DNA of 47,967 bases from Dehalococcoidales bacterium (GTDB taxonomy: Bacteria > Chloroflexota > Dehalococcoidia > Dehalococcoidales > RBG-16-60-22), in contig JAQTVW010000001.1 in assembly GCA_028706655.1 (NCBI GenBank), positions 1 through 47,967 on the forward strand, in the 5' to 3' direction. Below are positions 9,008 to 16,370 of this stretch, piece by piece. Every line of letters begins with the position of its first letter. Positions within the stretch are counted from its first letter, which is position 1. Under the pieces are notes generated by a model. It saw only the letters and a list, made by a program, of their open reading frames with translations. It was not told where the DNA came from and ran no database searches. The position numbers and the translations under genes are program-made.

Positions 9008-11131
9008 CTAGAACGGGCAAGCCCCCGTGGGGCAGCCGCCGGCGTATTCCGATTCCACCGTAATATAGTGTGCCGGCTCGGCGGCTTCTTTCGGCGTTTG
9101 CCCGGCGAGGTTGAGCACCTGCTGTTTCTTGCTGCCGTAGCGGTAGATGGTGATACCCTTGCACTTGAGCTGATGCGCCATGGTATAGATGCGGGCGATG
9201 TCCTCGGGTGTGGCTTCCGCAGGCAGGTTGACCGTCTTGGACACCGAGTTATCCACGTATCTCTGGAAAATGGACTGCATGCGGACATGCCACTCCGGCA
9301 CGATGTCCCAATCGGTGACAAAGACCTTTTTGATATCATCGGGAATGCCGGAAATTCCATGCAGCGTTCCCTTTTGTGCCACCTGCTCCATCAGGTCGGC
9401 GGAGTAGAAGCCGCGTTCTCGGGCGACCTGCTCGAAGTAGGGATTAATTTCTAATAAGCGTGTGCCTTCCATCACATTGCGGACATAAGCCAGCGCAAAA
9501 AGCGGCTCGATGCCGCTGGAGCATCCGGCGATGATGCTGATAGTGCCCGTCGGCGCGATGGAAAGGACGGTGGCGTTCCGCATCCGGTTGCCGTTGGGCA
9601 GGTCGTAGATACTGCCCTTGAAGTAGGGAAAAACGCCCCGTTTCGCGGCGAGCTTCACCGAGGCTTCCGCGGCTTTTTCATACATAAATTCGATGATTTT
9701 TTCGCCGGTATGCAGGGCTTCCTCCGAGTTGTAGGGAATGCCCATCTGAACCAGCGCATCGGCGAAACCCATCACGCCCAGTCCGATTTTGCGGTTGCCC
9801 TGGCGGGTGATTTTTTCAATCTGCGGCAGGGGGAAAACGTTCGCTTCAATCACGTTGTCGAGGAAGTGGACGGTAATGCCGACCAGCCGCTCCAGCTTCT
9901 GCCAATCGAGCCTGCCGTCAATCACCAGCCGGGCGAGGTTGATGGAGCCCAGGTTGCAGCTTTCGTAGGGCAGCAGGGGCAGCTCGCCGCAGGGGTTGGT
10001 CGCCTCGAACTTGCCCAGTTGGGGCGTGGGATTGCTTCGGTTAATCTCATCCAGGAAAATGAGTCCGGGGTCGCCGGTGCGCCAGGCGTTATTGACAACA
10101 ACGTTGAAAAGCTCGCGGGCATTGATGGAGCGCACTTCCTTGCGGGTGTGAGGATTTATCAGCGGCCAGCTTTCGCCTTTTGCCGCCGCCGCCATAAACG
10201 CGTCAGTCGCACCGACGGAAATGTTGAAATTGGATAGCGCCGTTTCATCGCTTTTGACCACGGCAAATTCCATGATGTCGGGATGGTCGGCATTGAGGAT
10301 GCCCATATTGGCGCCCCGCCGCTTGCCGCCCTGCTTCATCACGCCGGTCGCCGTATCGAAGACTTTCATGAAGGAGACCGGTCCTGAAGCTACTCCTTTC
10401 GTGGAGCGCACCATGTCCCCTTTGGGACGCAGGCGGCTGAAGGAGAAGCCGGTGCCCCCGCCCGATTGGTGGATGATTGCCATGTCCTTGAGGGTTTCAA
10501 AGATGCCGCTGATGGAGTCCTCGACGGGAAGGACGAAGCAGGCGGAGAGCTGCCCCAGCGGCGCTCCCGCGTTCATCAGGGTGGGGGTATTGGGCATGAA
10601 TTCCAGCCGGTTCATCAGGTTGAAAAACTCTTCTTCCAGAGCCTTGACGTCCGCCCCCGCATCGAATCTGGTTTCCACCGCGGCGATGGCTCGGGCGACC
10701 CGCCGGAACAGTCCGGCAGGAGTCTCGACGATGTTGCCTTCGTTGTCTTTAAGCAGATAGCGGCGCTCCAGCACTTTGACGGCATTGACGGTGAGCTTGA
10801 GGTCGTCCCGAACGCCGATTACCTGTTTCAAACGCCGCACCTCGGCGCGCTGCTGGCGGTAAAGGATATAGGCGCGGGCAACTTCCGGGTAGCCGCCGGT
10901 CATCAGGGTATTTTCCACGATGTTCTGGATATCCTCTATACCCGGTGTCTTCCCTGCGAATTTCTCAGTAGCGGCATTGACGACAATCTGCGCCATATCC
11001 CGCGCGGAGTCCGGACTGCCCATTTTAGTCGCCGCCATTGCTTTGCCGATGGCGACTTCGATTTTGACCGGCTCAAACGGGACAATAGTGCCATCACGCT
11101 TGCGAATCTGCTTAATGCTGGTCTCAGGCAT
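9008..11131 (-). CDS. nrdJ: adenosylcobalamin-dependent (class II) ribonucleotide reductase
   Basis: 707 aa with an N-terminal ATP-cone-like segment and class II motifs (NPCGE active-site loop context TNPCGELPL, SACFVLPV). The C-terminal redox tail is GGCPTGACPF. Confidence 0.9.
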   Translation of the reverse strand: MPETSIKQIRKRDGTIVPFEPVKIEVAIGKAMAATKMGSPDSARDMAQIVVNAATEKFAGKTPGIEDIQNIVENTLMTGGYPEVARAYILYRQQRAEVRRLKQVIGVRDDLKLTVNAVKVLERRYLLKDNEGNIVETPAGLFRRVARAIAAVETRFDAGADVKALEEEFFNLMNRLEFMPNTPTLMNAGAPLGQLSACFVLPVEDSISGIFETLKDMAIIHQSGGGTGFSFSRLRPKGDMVRSTKGVASGPVSFMKVFDTATGVMKQGGKRRGANMGILNADHPDIMEFAVVKSDETALSNFNISVGATDAFMAAAAKGESWPLINPHTRKEVRSINARELFNVVVNNAWRTGDPGLIFLDEINRSNPTPQLGKFEATNPCGELPLLPYESCNLGSINLARLVIDGRLDWQKLERLVGITVHFLDNVIEANVFPLPQIEKITRQGNRKIGLGVMGFADALVQMGIPYNSEEALHTGEKIIEFMYEKAAEASVKLAAKRGVFPYFKGSIYDLPNGNRMRNATVLSIAPTGTISIIAGCSSGIEPLFALAYVRNVMEGTRLLEINPYFEQVARERGFYSADLMEQVAQKGTLHGISGIPDDIKKVFVTDWDIVPEWHVRMQSIFQRYVDNSVSKTVNLPAEATPEDIARIYTMAHQLKCKGITIYRYGSKKQQVLNLAGQTPKEAAEPAHYITVESEYAGGCPTGACPF

Positions 11132-11218
11132 AGCGCCTCCTCAACAGGCTACTATTAGTGGGAACCGTGTAGGAAGACAAAGCATATCACGGATTATTTT
11201 ACAAAGACGATGGTGGCA

Positions 11219-11263
11219 AAGTCATAAAATGCCCATGAGAATAGTTACAAATTTGTGACATTT
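11219..11263 (-). promoter_or_regulatory. putative nrdJ promoter with embedded ACAAATTTGT palindrome; near-duplicate of the encapsulin-operon promoter
   Basis: The minus-strand sequence is aaatgtcacaaatttgtaactattctcatgggcattttatgactt. It reads as TTGTAA-17 nt-TTATGA, with the 10-bp perfect palindrome overlapping the -35. It matches 12979-13023 at 37 of 45 positions by hand alignment. Confidence 0.5.
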
Positions 11264-11283
11264 GGAATCAAGATGAAGTGGAA

Positions 11284-11322
11284 AGAAAAAAAGTAGTGCC
11301 CTCAGCACTGGCTGAGGGCACT
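11284..11322 (-). terminator. rho-independent terminator of the thiolase gene
   Basis: A perfect 12-bp stem agtgccctcagc/gctgagggcact with a 4-nt loop lies at 11295-11322. On the minus strand it is followed by a T7 run. Confidence 0.85.
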
Positions 11323-11349
11323 AAAATCGGTTTATTGTTTTAAGATGTT

Positions 11350-12558
11350 TTACGGCCGCTCGATGATGAACGCGCCGCCCATACCGCCGCCCGCGCAGGC
11401 TGTCGCCATACCGCGCTTGAGGTCGCGTCTTTCCATTTCGTGGAGAAGGGTGACGATGAGGCGAACGCCAGTGCAGCCGACCGGATGCCCCAGTGCGATG
11501 CCGCTGCCGTTGACATTGATGTGATCGGTGCGCTTGAGACCCTGCTTCTTCCAATCGCGGATACAGGCAATCGCCTGTGAAGCAAACGCTTCATTCAGTT
11601 CGATGAGATCGATGTCGTCCCAGGTCAGACCGGCTTTCTTCAATGCCTTGGCGGCCGCCGGTACCGGGCCGATGCCCATGTAGCGCGGGTCGACGCCGGC
11701 GACGCAATAGGTCACCAGGCTGGCGCGAATCTTCTTGCCCATTTTTTTCGCTTTGGATTCGCTCATCAGCGCGATGAGCGCGGCGCCGTCGTTCATGCCG
11801 CAGGAGTTGCCGGCGGTGATGATGCCGCCCTTCTTGGGCGTGATGCACGGCAGTTTGCCCAGCGATTCAACGGTCGTTTCACGCCGCGGATGCTCGTCGG
11901 TATCGAAGATAATAGTCTGCTTCTTCTGTTTGACTTCCATCGGGACGATTTCCGCCTTGAATTTGCCGGCGTCCTGCGCGGCGACGGCTTTCCGGTGACT
12001 TTCCACGGCATACTCGTCTAGTTCCTGGCGGGTGAGGCCGTATTTTTCCGCTACATTTTCGGCGGTTACCGGCATCGGCGCATAGCCGAACATCTCTTCC
12101 GGTCCGCTGACGGTCGTCGAACCCTGTGTCCACTGGTCCAGCAGTTTGGCGTTGCCGAGCTTGTAGCCCCAGCGCGCGCCGGTGATGTAATAGACCAGCC
12201 CGCTCAGGTTTTCCGCGCCGCCCGCAAAGACGGTTTCCATGTCGCCGCATTCGATGGCGCGCTTTCCCATTACGGCAGCTTCGAACCCGGAGATGCACTG
12301 GCGGTCAACGGTCGTGCCGGTGACTTCCAGGGGGAAGCCGGCGCGGAAGACCGCCTGTCTGCCCAGGTTAGGAAATTCGCCGGACTGGAGGCAGGAACCC
12401 ATGAACACGTCTTCAATGGACGACGGGTCAATCTCGTAACGTTTCGCCATTTCTTTCAAAAGAACGCCCTGCATTTCGCAGGTCTTCACATCGGCGAGGG
12501 TGCCGCCGTATCTGCCGATAGCGGTCCTCAGGGCGCCTACAATAACTGCTTTTTCCAT
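11350..12558 (-). CDS. acetyl-CoA C-acetyltransferase (thiolase II)
   Basis: 402 aa. It carries the active-site Cys context VDRQCISG, NVNGSGIALGHPVGCTG and the C-terminal CAGGGMGGA motif. Confidence 0.9.
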   Translation of the reverse strand: MEKAVIVGALRTAIGRYGGTLADVKTCEMQGVLLKEMAKRYEIDPSSIEDVFMGSCLQSGEFPNLGRQAVFRAGFPLEVTGTTVDRQCISGFEAAVMGKRAIECGDMETVFAGGAENLSGLVYYITGARWGYKLGNAKLLDQWTQGSTTVSGPEEMFGYAPMPVTAENVAEKYGLTRQELDEYAVESHRKAVAAQDAGKFKAEIVPMEVKQKKQTIIFDTDEHPRRETTVESLGKLPCITPKKGGIITAGNSCGMNDGAALIALMSESKAKKMGKKIRASLVTYCVAGVDPRYMGIGPVPAAAKALKKAGLTWDDIDLIELNEAFASQAIACIRDWKKQGLKRTDHINVNGSGIALGHPVGCTGVRLIVTLLHEMERRDLKRGMATACAGGGMGGAFIIERP

Positions 12559-12865
12559 TATTAAAATCCACCTCTCTTTGCAATATAATTACTGCCTTTT
12601 AATTATAGCATCTGTTTACGCTCTAATTCAAAACCGGAACAGACAAAAAAGAAGCAGGCTTCCTGAACAATCATCTGAAACCGGTCGGTTGATTGCTCAG
12701 GAGGTCTGCTCCTGACTTCGTTCCACTACTCCTTCTTTCTGGTTTCCTTCGCCAGATGGCTCATTTGCCCGAGGGCAATAGCCTCTTCCAAGTTTTCAAG
12801 GAGCTCGGGAACCTTCTACAGAATGCCTCTGTCGCAACATATTTTCTACAATTAGCGTATCACAT

Positions 12866-12921
12866 CCCTTTTCTTTCCTTTCCGCTCATTCTCTTTCTTC
12901 GCTCTCTTTCTTTCCCTCTTT
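12866..12921 (+). repeat. polypyrimidine (CT-rich) low-complexity tract
   Basis: The sequence ccttttctttcctttccgctcattctctttcttcgctctctttctttccctcttt is almost entirely C/T on the plus strand. It lies inside the 534-nt thiolase/encapsulin divergent intergenic region. Confidence 0.7.
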
Positions 12922-12978
12922 AGCTTATTACTATATACCCGGAATACGGAGTGCGTCTGCGACTTTTATCACACCGGT

Positions 12979-13023
12979 AAATGACACAAATTTGTAACTA
13001 TTTCCCCCGCCATTTTATAACTT
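12979..13023 (+). promoter_or_regulatory. putative encapsulin-operon promoter with embedded ACAAATTTGT palindrome
   Basis: The sequence is aaatgacacaaatttgtaactatttcccccgccattttataactt. It reads as TTGTAA-17 nt-TTATAA and is 37/45 identical to the nrdJ upstream module in the same orientation relative to the gene. Confidence 0.5.
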
Positions 13024-13043
13024 CTCCATTGCGGGGTTGCTAA

Positions 13044-13068
13044 GATAATCAGTCAGATAATAGCTATC
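13044..13068 (+). promoter_or_regulatory. possible Fur-family box in the encapsulin 5' leader
   Basis: GATAATcagtcaGATAATaGCTATC has two GATAAT hexamers. The second forms a 6-1-6 imperfect inverted repeat resembling GATAAT-n-ATTATC. It sits between the putative -10 and the SD. Confidence 0.3.
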
Positions 13069-13092
13069 AATTGAATTTAAGAGGAGGTCAAC

Positions 13093-13455
13093 ATGCCCGA
13101 TTTTGCCAATCCCTTTGCCGGGAAGGTGCCTGCGGGTAAGCTCACGAGGGGTGAACTGGTGCGGGCGATACGCCTCGACCTGGCGGCGGAAGAAGAGGCA
13201 ATTCATCTCTACCTCGCGCAGGCGGACGCGACCGAAGACGCTCTGAGTAAAGCCGTGTTGACGGATGTCGCTAACGAGGAACGGCAACATGCCGGAGAAT
13301 TTGCGCGGCTCATCCAGCTTCTGACCGGCGACGAGGACAAGTGGCTGGCGGCGGGTGCTGCCGAAGTGGACGCCGCGGCTGCCGGGCTAAGTACAGCGGA
13401 GAAAGCTGCCCCGCCGGTTAAGGAAACACCGACTATCGGCACGTTGAAACAATAA
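13093..13455 (+). CDS. encapsulated ferritin-like cargo protein (EncFtn type) with C-terminal encapsulin targeting peptide
   Basis: 120 aa preceded by a strong GAGGAGG SD. It has ferritin-like helices with EEEAIH and NEERQH (ExxH) ligand motifs. An Ala/Pro-rich linker leads to the terminal ...KETPTIGTLKQ, which matches the family-1 targeting-peptide pattern (cf. LTVGSLRR / SLGIGSLK). Confidence 0.85.
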   Translation: MPDFANPFAGKVPAGKLTRGELVRAIRLDLAAEEEAIHLYLAQADATEDALSKAVLTDVANEERQHAGEFARLIQLLTGDEDKWLAAGAAEVDAAAAGLSTAEKAAPPVKETPTIGTLKQ

Positions 13456-13472
13456 AGAAGGAGGATGATACT

Positions 13473-14264
13473 GTGACTAATAAATTTCTCACCCGCGAGG
13501 ATGCTCCGATTGAAACCAAGACCTGGGAGGCGCTCGATACGACGATGATGGAAGCCGCCAGGAGTGTCCTGAGCGGGCGGCGTATCCTGGCTATCGAAGG
13601 TCCCTATGGGCTGGGTTTGAAAGCGATTGCCCTGAGCGACCCGGAGACCGACGACAGTCCGGCAGTCAGTCCTGTCCTGCCGCTGGCGCTGATTCACCGG
13701 AACTTCACCGTCGCCAAGCGCGACCTCGCGGCATTTGAACGCGACGGCATTCTGCTGGACACGAAACAGGTGGCGGAAGCGGCACTCGCCTGCGCGGCTG
13801 CGGAAGACGCTCTCGTCTTCAAAGGCACCCGTGAAGTGCGCGGACTGTTGAATGCCAGGGGCAGCAATAGTATCAAGTTGAGCGATTGGGAGCAGGTGGG
13901 CACTGCCGCCGGGGACGTTATCAATGCGGTGACGACGCTGGACAATGCCGGTTTCCACGGTCCCTACGTACTGGCGTTGACGCCCGAGCGCTACAACCTT
14001 TTACTGCGCTACTATCCTTCCGGGAATTTGAGCGAACTGGAGCATATTAAAAAGATTACCGCCGAGGGGGTCATCAAGGCGCCGGCGCTGGAAAGCGGGG
14101 GCGTGCTGCTGGCGGCGGGACGCCAGTTTGCGTCTATCATCGTCGGGCAGGATATGGCGGTCGGCTTCATCGGTCCCGCCGGAGAAAGCCTGGAGTTCTC
14201 GGTATCAGAGAGCCTGTCGCCGTATATCCGCGTTCCGCAGGCGGTCTGCATCCTCGAAGGCTGA
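13473..14264 (+). CDS. family-1 encapsulin shell protein (Linocin M18 / HK97 fold)
   Basis: 263 aa with a GTG start 8 nt after AGGAGG. The N-terminus MTNKFLTREDAPIETKTWEALD and the overall length are typical of T=1 encapsulins. It lies directly downstream of the TP-bearing cargo. Confidence 0.85.
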   Translation: MTNKFLTREDAPIETKTWEALDTTMMEAARSVLSGRRILAIEGPYGLGLKAIALSDPETDDSPAVSPVLPLALIHRNFTVAKRDLAAFERDGILLDTKQVAEAALACAAAEDALVFKGTREVRGLLNARGSNSIKLSDWEQVGTAAGDVINAVTTLDNAGFHGPYVLALTPERYNLLLRYYPSGNLSELEHIKKITAEGVIKAPALESGGVLLAAGRQFASIIVGQDMAVGFIGPAGESLEFSVSESLSPYIRVPQAVCILEG

Positions 14265-14301
14265 AATCCGTAGAAATTGAATAGTTTGGAGGTATCATCC
14301 C

Positions 14302-14787
14302 ATGATGGAAGAATCCCTGGGTAAAGAGTTCCTGGAGGTCGCTATTGAAGTCGAGCGCAACGGACGCGCTTTTTACGAGCGGGTCGCCGGCAAGACCAAA
14401 AGCAAAGAGGGCAGGAATGTCCTGCTGTTGCTGGCGGGTCGGGAGAAAGAGCACGAATCAAACTTCCAGCATATCCTCGGGCACCTGGGCGGCTATGCCG
14501 CTTCGGAGTACACCCGCCAGCGCGGCGATTTTATCCGGGACCTGGCCGGCTCCGTGATATTTATCAGCGAAAAGGCGATGGGCTTGTTGAATAACAAGAC
14601 TCTTACGGATATTGAGGCAGTGGAAGCGGGCATCGGCATGGAGAAGGACTCGATTTTGTTCTATTCGGAGATTATCGGCTTGTTGCCCAAAGCCGACCGT
14701 GACATCGTGGATATCATCATCGGCGAGGAAAAGAAGCACCTGAGCGAACTGGTAAACCTCGCGGACAAATTGCGCAGCGGGACTTAG
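14302..14787 (+). CDS. rubrerythrin/ferritin-like di-iron four-helix-bundle protein (no rubredoxin domain, no targeting peptide)
   Basis: 161 aa with a duplicated E...ExxH pattern (EVERNG...EKEH and GMEKDS...EEKKH). The C-terminus ...ADKLRSGT lacks a G-S/T-L-K/R tail. Confidence 0.7.
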   Translation: MMEESLGKEFLEVAIEVERNGRAFYERVAGKTKSKEGRNVLLLLAGREKEHESNFQHILGHLGGYAASEYTRQRGDFIRDLAGSVIFISEKAMGLLNNKTLTDIEAVEAGIGMEKDSILFYSEIIGLLPKADRDIVDIIIGEEKKHLSELVNLADKLRSGT

Positions 14788-14829
14788 AACAAAGCAGCTA
14801 ATTTTGGACAAATTAAAAGGTTGACGAAG

Positions 14830-14859
14830 AGGGCGGCAGGTTCATTTCTCTGCCGCCCT
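14830..14859. terminator. bidirectional GC-rich hairpin between convergent genes
   Basis: The stem agggcggcag/ctgccgccct is 10 bp with a 10-nt loop. T-rich sequence follows on the plus strand. Confidence 0.7.
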
Positions 14860-14863
14860 TTAC

Positions 14864-15025
14864 TTACTTGTTTTTAACTTCGTCTTCAGGCTTTATCGCT
14901 TCACAGCAACCGCACTGGCACTGACTGCTGGCAGCGCAGGGTTTGCAGCAATACTTCACTCCCTGCTTTACGTAAGAATCGGCACCGACGGAACAACCAC
15001 AGGTAGGACAGATTTGTTCTGCCAT
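14864..15025 (-). CDS. 53-aa cysteine-rich metal-binding miniprotein (TRASH/YHS-like zinc-ribbon plus CxCxCC tail; metallothionein-like)
   Basis: Not in the supplied ORF track because it is under 60 aa. My hand translation is MAEQICPTCGCSVGADSYVKQGVKYCCKPCAASSQCQCGCCEAIKPEDEVKNK, with 10 Cys. A GAGGTGA SD lies 6 nt upstream of the ATG, and the hairpin terminator lies just downstream. Confidence 0.7.
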   Translation of the reverse strand: MAEQICPTCGCSVGADSYVKQGVKYCCKPCAASSQCQCGCCEAIKPEDEVKNK

Positions 15026-15185
15026 TAGATTCACCTCACATTTCAGAATTTGCCTTACATTCCTATCAAATCATTAAAGTAATAGCTTGTAAATACGTAG
15101 TCCAACGTAAGTTGGGATAATTGACATACCCGATTGTCACCTGTCCAGATTGCGGCATCTGCCAGGTAGGAGTAGAATAAAACAT

Positions 15186-16370
15186 ATGCATCCTGATAAA
15201 AGAGGCTACTTCGGAAGCTACGGCGGCAGGTTTGTCCCGGAAACTCTGATGCCGGCATTGCAGGAATTGTCAGAAGCCTATCAGAAAGTAAAGTCAGATA
15301 GCTCTTTCTGGGCAGAATTTGAACAGTGGTCGCGGGACTATTCCGGAAGACCGACGCCGCTCTATCCCGCGGAACGTTTGACCGCGCACTGCGGCGGCGC
15401 CCGGATTTTTCTCAAGCGTGAGGACTTAGCCCATACCGGCGCACATAAAATCAACAACGCCCTGGGGCAGGGACTTCTGGCGCAGCGGATGGGCAAACGC
15501 CGCATCATCGCCGAAACGGGCGCCGGTCAGCACGGTGTCGCTACGGCAGCGGTCTGCGCCCGGCTGGGGCTGGAATGTGTCATCTATATGGGTGCCGAGG
15601 ATATCGAGCGGCAGGCGCTGAACGTCTTCCGGATGAAACTGATGGGCGCCGAAGTCATGCCGGTAACCAGCGGCACCCGTACTTTGAAAGACGCCATCAA
15701 CGAAGCTATCCGCGATTGGGTGAGTCATCCGGACAGCCACTATTTACTCGGGTCGGTGGTGGGACCGCATCCGTATCCCGGCATGGTACGTGATTTCCAA
15801 TCGATTATCGGCAAAGAGGCGCGGGGACAAGCTCTGGCTAAGCTGGGACGCCTGCCGGACTATATCATCGCCTGTGTGGGCGGCGGCAGCAACGCCATGG
15901 GTATCTTCTATCCGTTTTTGAAAGACACCGGCGTAAAGCTCATCGGCGTAGAAGCTGCCGGCAAGGGACTGGCCACCGGAGAACACGCGGCGGCGCTGTT
16001 GGCAGGACGGAAGGGCGTATTGCACGGAGCCAAGTCTTACGTGCTCCAGGACGAGCAGGGACAAATCCGGGGGACGCACAGCATTTCAGCGGGACTGGAC
16101 TATCCCGGAGTGGGACCGGAGCATGCTTATTTGAAAGATACGGGGCGCGCCAGCTATGTCGGCGTAACGGATACCGAAGCGCTGGAGGGTTTCCAGCTCC
16201 TCAGCCGCACCGAAGGTATTCTGCCGGCGCTGGAGTCTTCCCATGCGGTGTATTATGCTTCGAAGTTCGCGCCCAAATTAAAAAAATCCGAAGTTATTAT
16301 CGTCAATCTGAGCGGGCGCGGCGATAAAGATATCAATACGGTAATGCAGGCGATGGGGGTACCGCGGTGA
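15186..16370 (+). CDS. trpB: tryptophan synthase beta chain
   Basis: It carries [18 protein letters not shown] (PLP lysine) and GGGSNAMG motifs. I prefer the ATG at 15186 ([10 protein letters not shown]) to the TTG at 15150 used by the ORF track. Confidence 0.92.
   Translation: MHPDKRGYFGSYGGRFVPETLMPALQELSEAYQKVKSDSSFWAEFEQWSRDYSGRPTPLYPAERLTAHCGGARIFLKREDLAHTGAHKINNALGQGLLAQRMGKRRIIAETGAGQHGVATAAVCARLGLECVIYMGAEDIERQALNVFRMKLMGAEVMPVTSGTRTLKDAINEAIRDWVSHPDSHYLLGSVVGPHPYPGMVRDFQSIIGKEARGQALAKLGRLPDYIIACVGGGSNAMGIFYPFLKDTGVKLIGVEAAGKGLATGEHAAALLAGRKGVLHGAKSYVLQDEQGQIRGTHSISAGLDYPGVGPEHAYLKDTGRASYVGVTDTEALEGFQLLSRTEGILPALESSHAVYYASKFAPKLKKSEVIIVNLSGRGDKDINTVMQAMGVPR

Noticed and set aside
11132-11218. 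Cobalamin riboswitch or NrdR boxes upstream of nrdJ
   Set aside because: The leader between the putative -10 and the start codon is only about 85 nt, which is too short for a B12 riboswitch. I see no B12-box-like core. The palindrome ACAAATTTGT has CACAA/TTGT(G/A) half-sites separated by 2 nt rather than the roughly 4 nt of the NrdR box as I recall it. It occurs once, not as a phased pair. The same element precedes the encapsulin operon, which NrdR would not be expected to control.
12693-12923. 76-aa plus-strand ORF in the thiolase/encapsulin intergenic region
   Set aside because: There is no SD, and the start is a non-ATG inside a hairpin. The second half is encoded by the polypyrimidine tract (FLSFPLILFLRSLSFPL) and is therefore a compositional artefact.
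13209-13958. Long antisense ORFs overlapping confident genes (for example 13209..13958-, 34421..35251-, 43585..44727+, 17219..17770-, 21901..22545-, 32499..33413-, 3311..3961-)
   Set aside because: Each lies opposite a gene with clear family motifs. Their products are Arg/Ala/Pro/Gly-rich low-complexity sequence, typical of the stop-codon-poor antisense frames of GC-rich coding DNA. None has a recognisable SD or motifs.
15160-15176. TRAP-type (G/U)AG triplet array or attenuator upstream of trpB
   Set aside because: Only about four closely packed NAG triplets (CAG-TAG-GAG-TAG) are present. These coincide with the SD region, far fewer than the 9-11 spaced triplets a TRAP site needs.
15150-15185. 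TTG-initiated 12-aa N-terminal extension of trpB
   Set aside because: TrpB homologs begin close to the GGRFVPETL motif. The ATG at 15186 gives the usual spacing, and the extension ([12 protein letters not shown]) overlaps the likely promoter (TTGACA at 15121).
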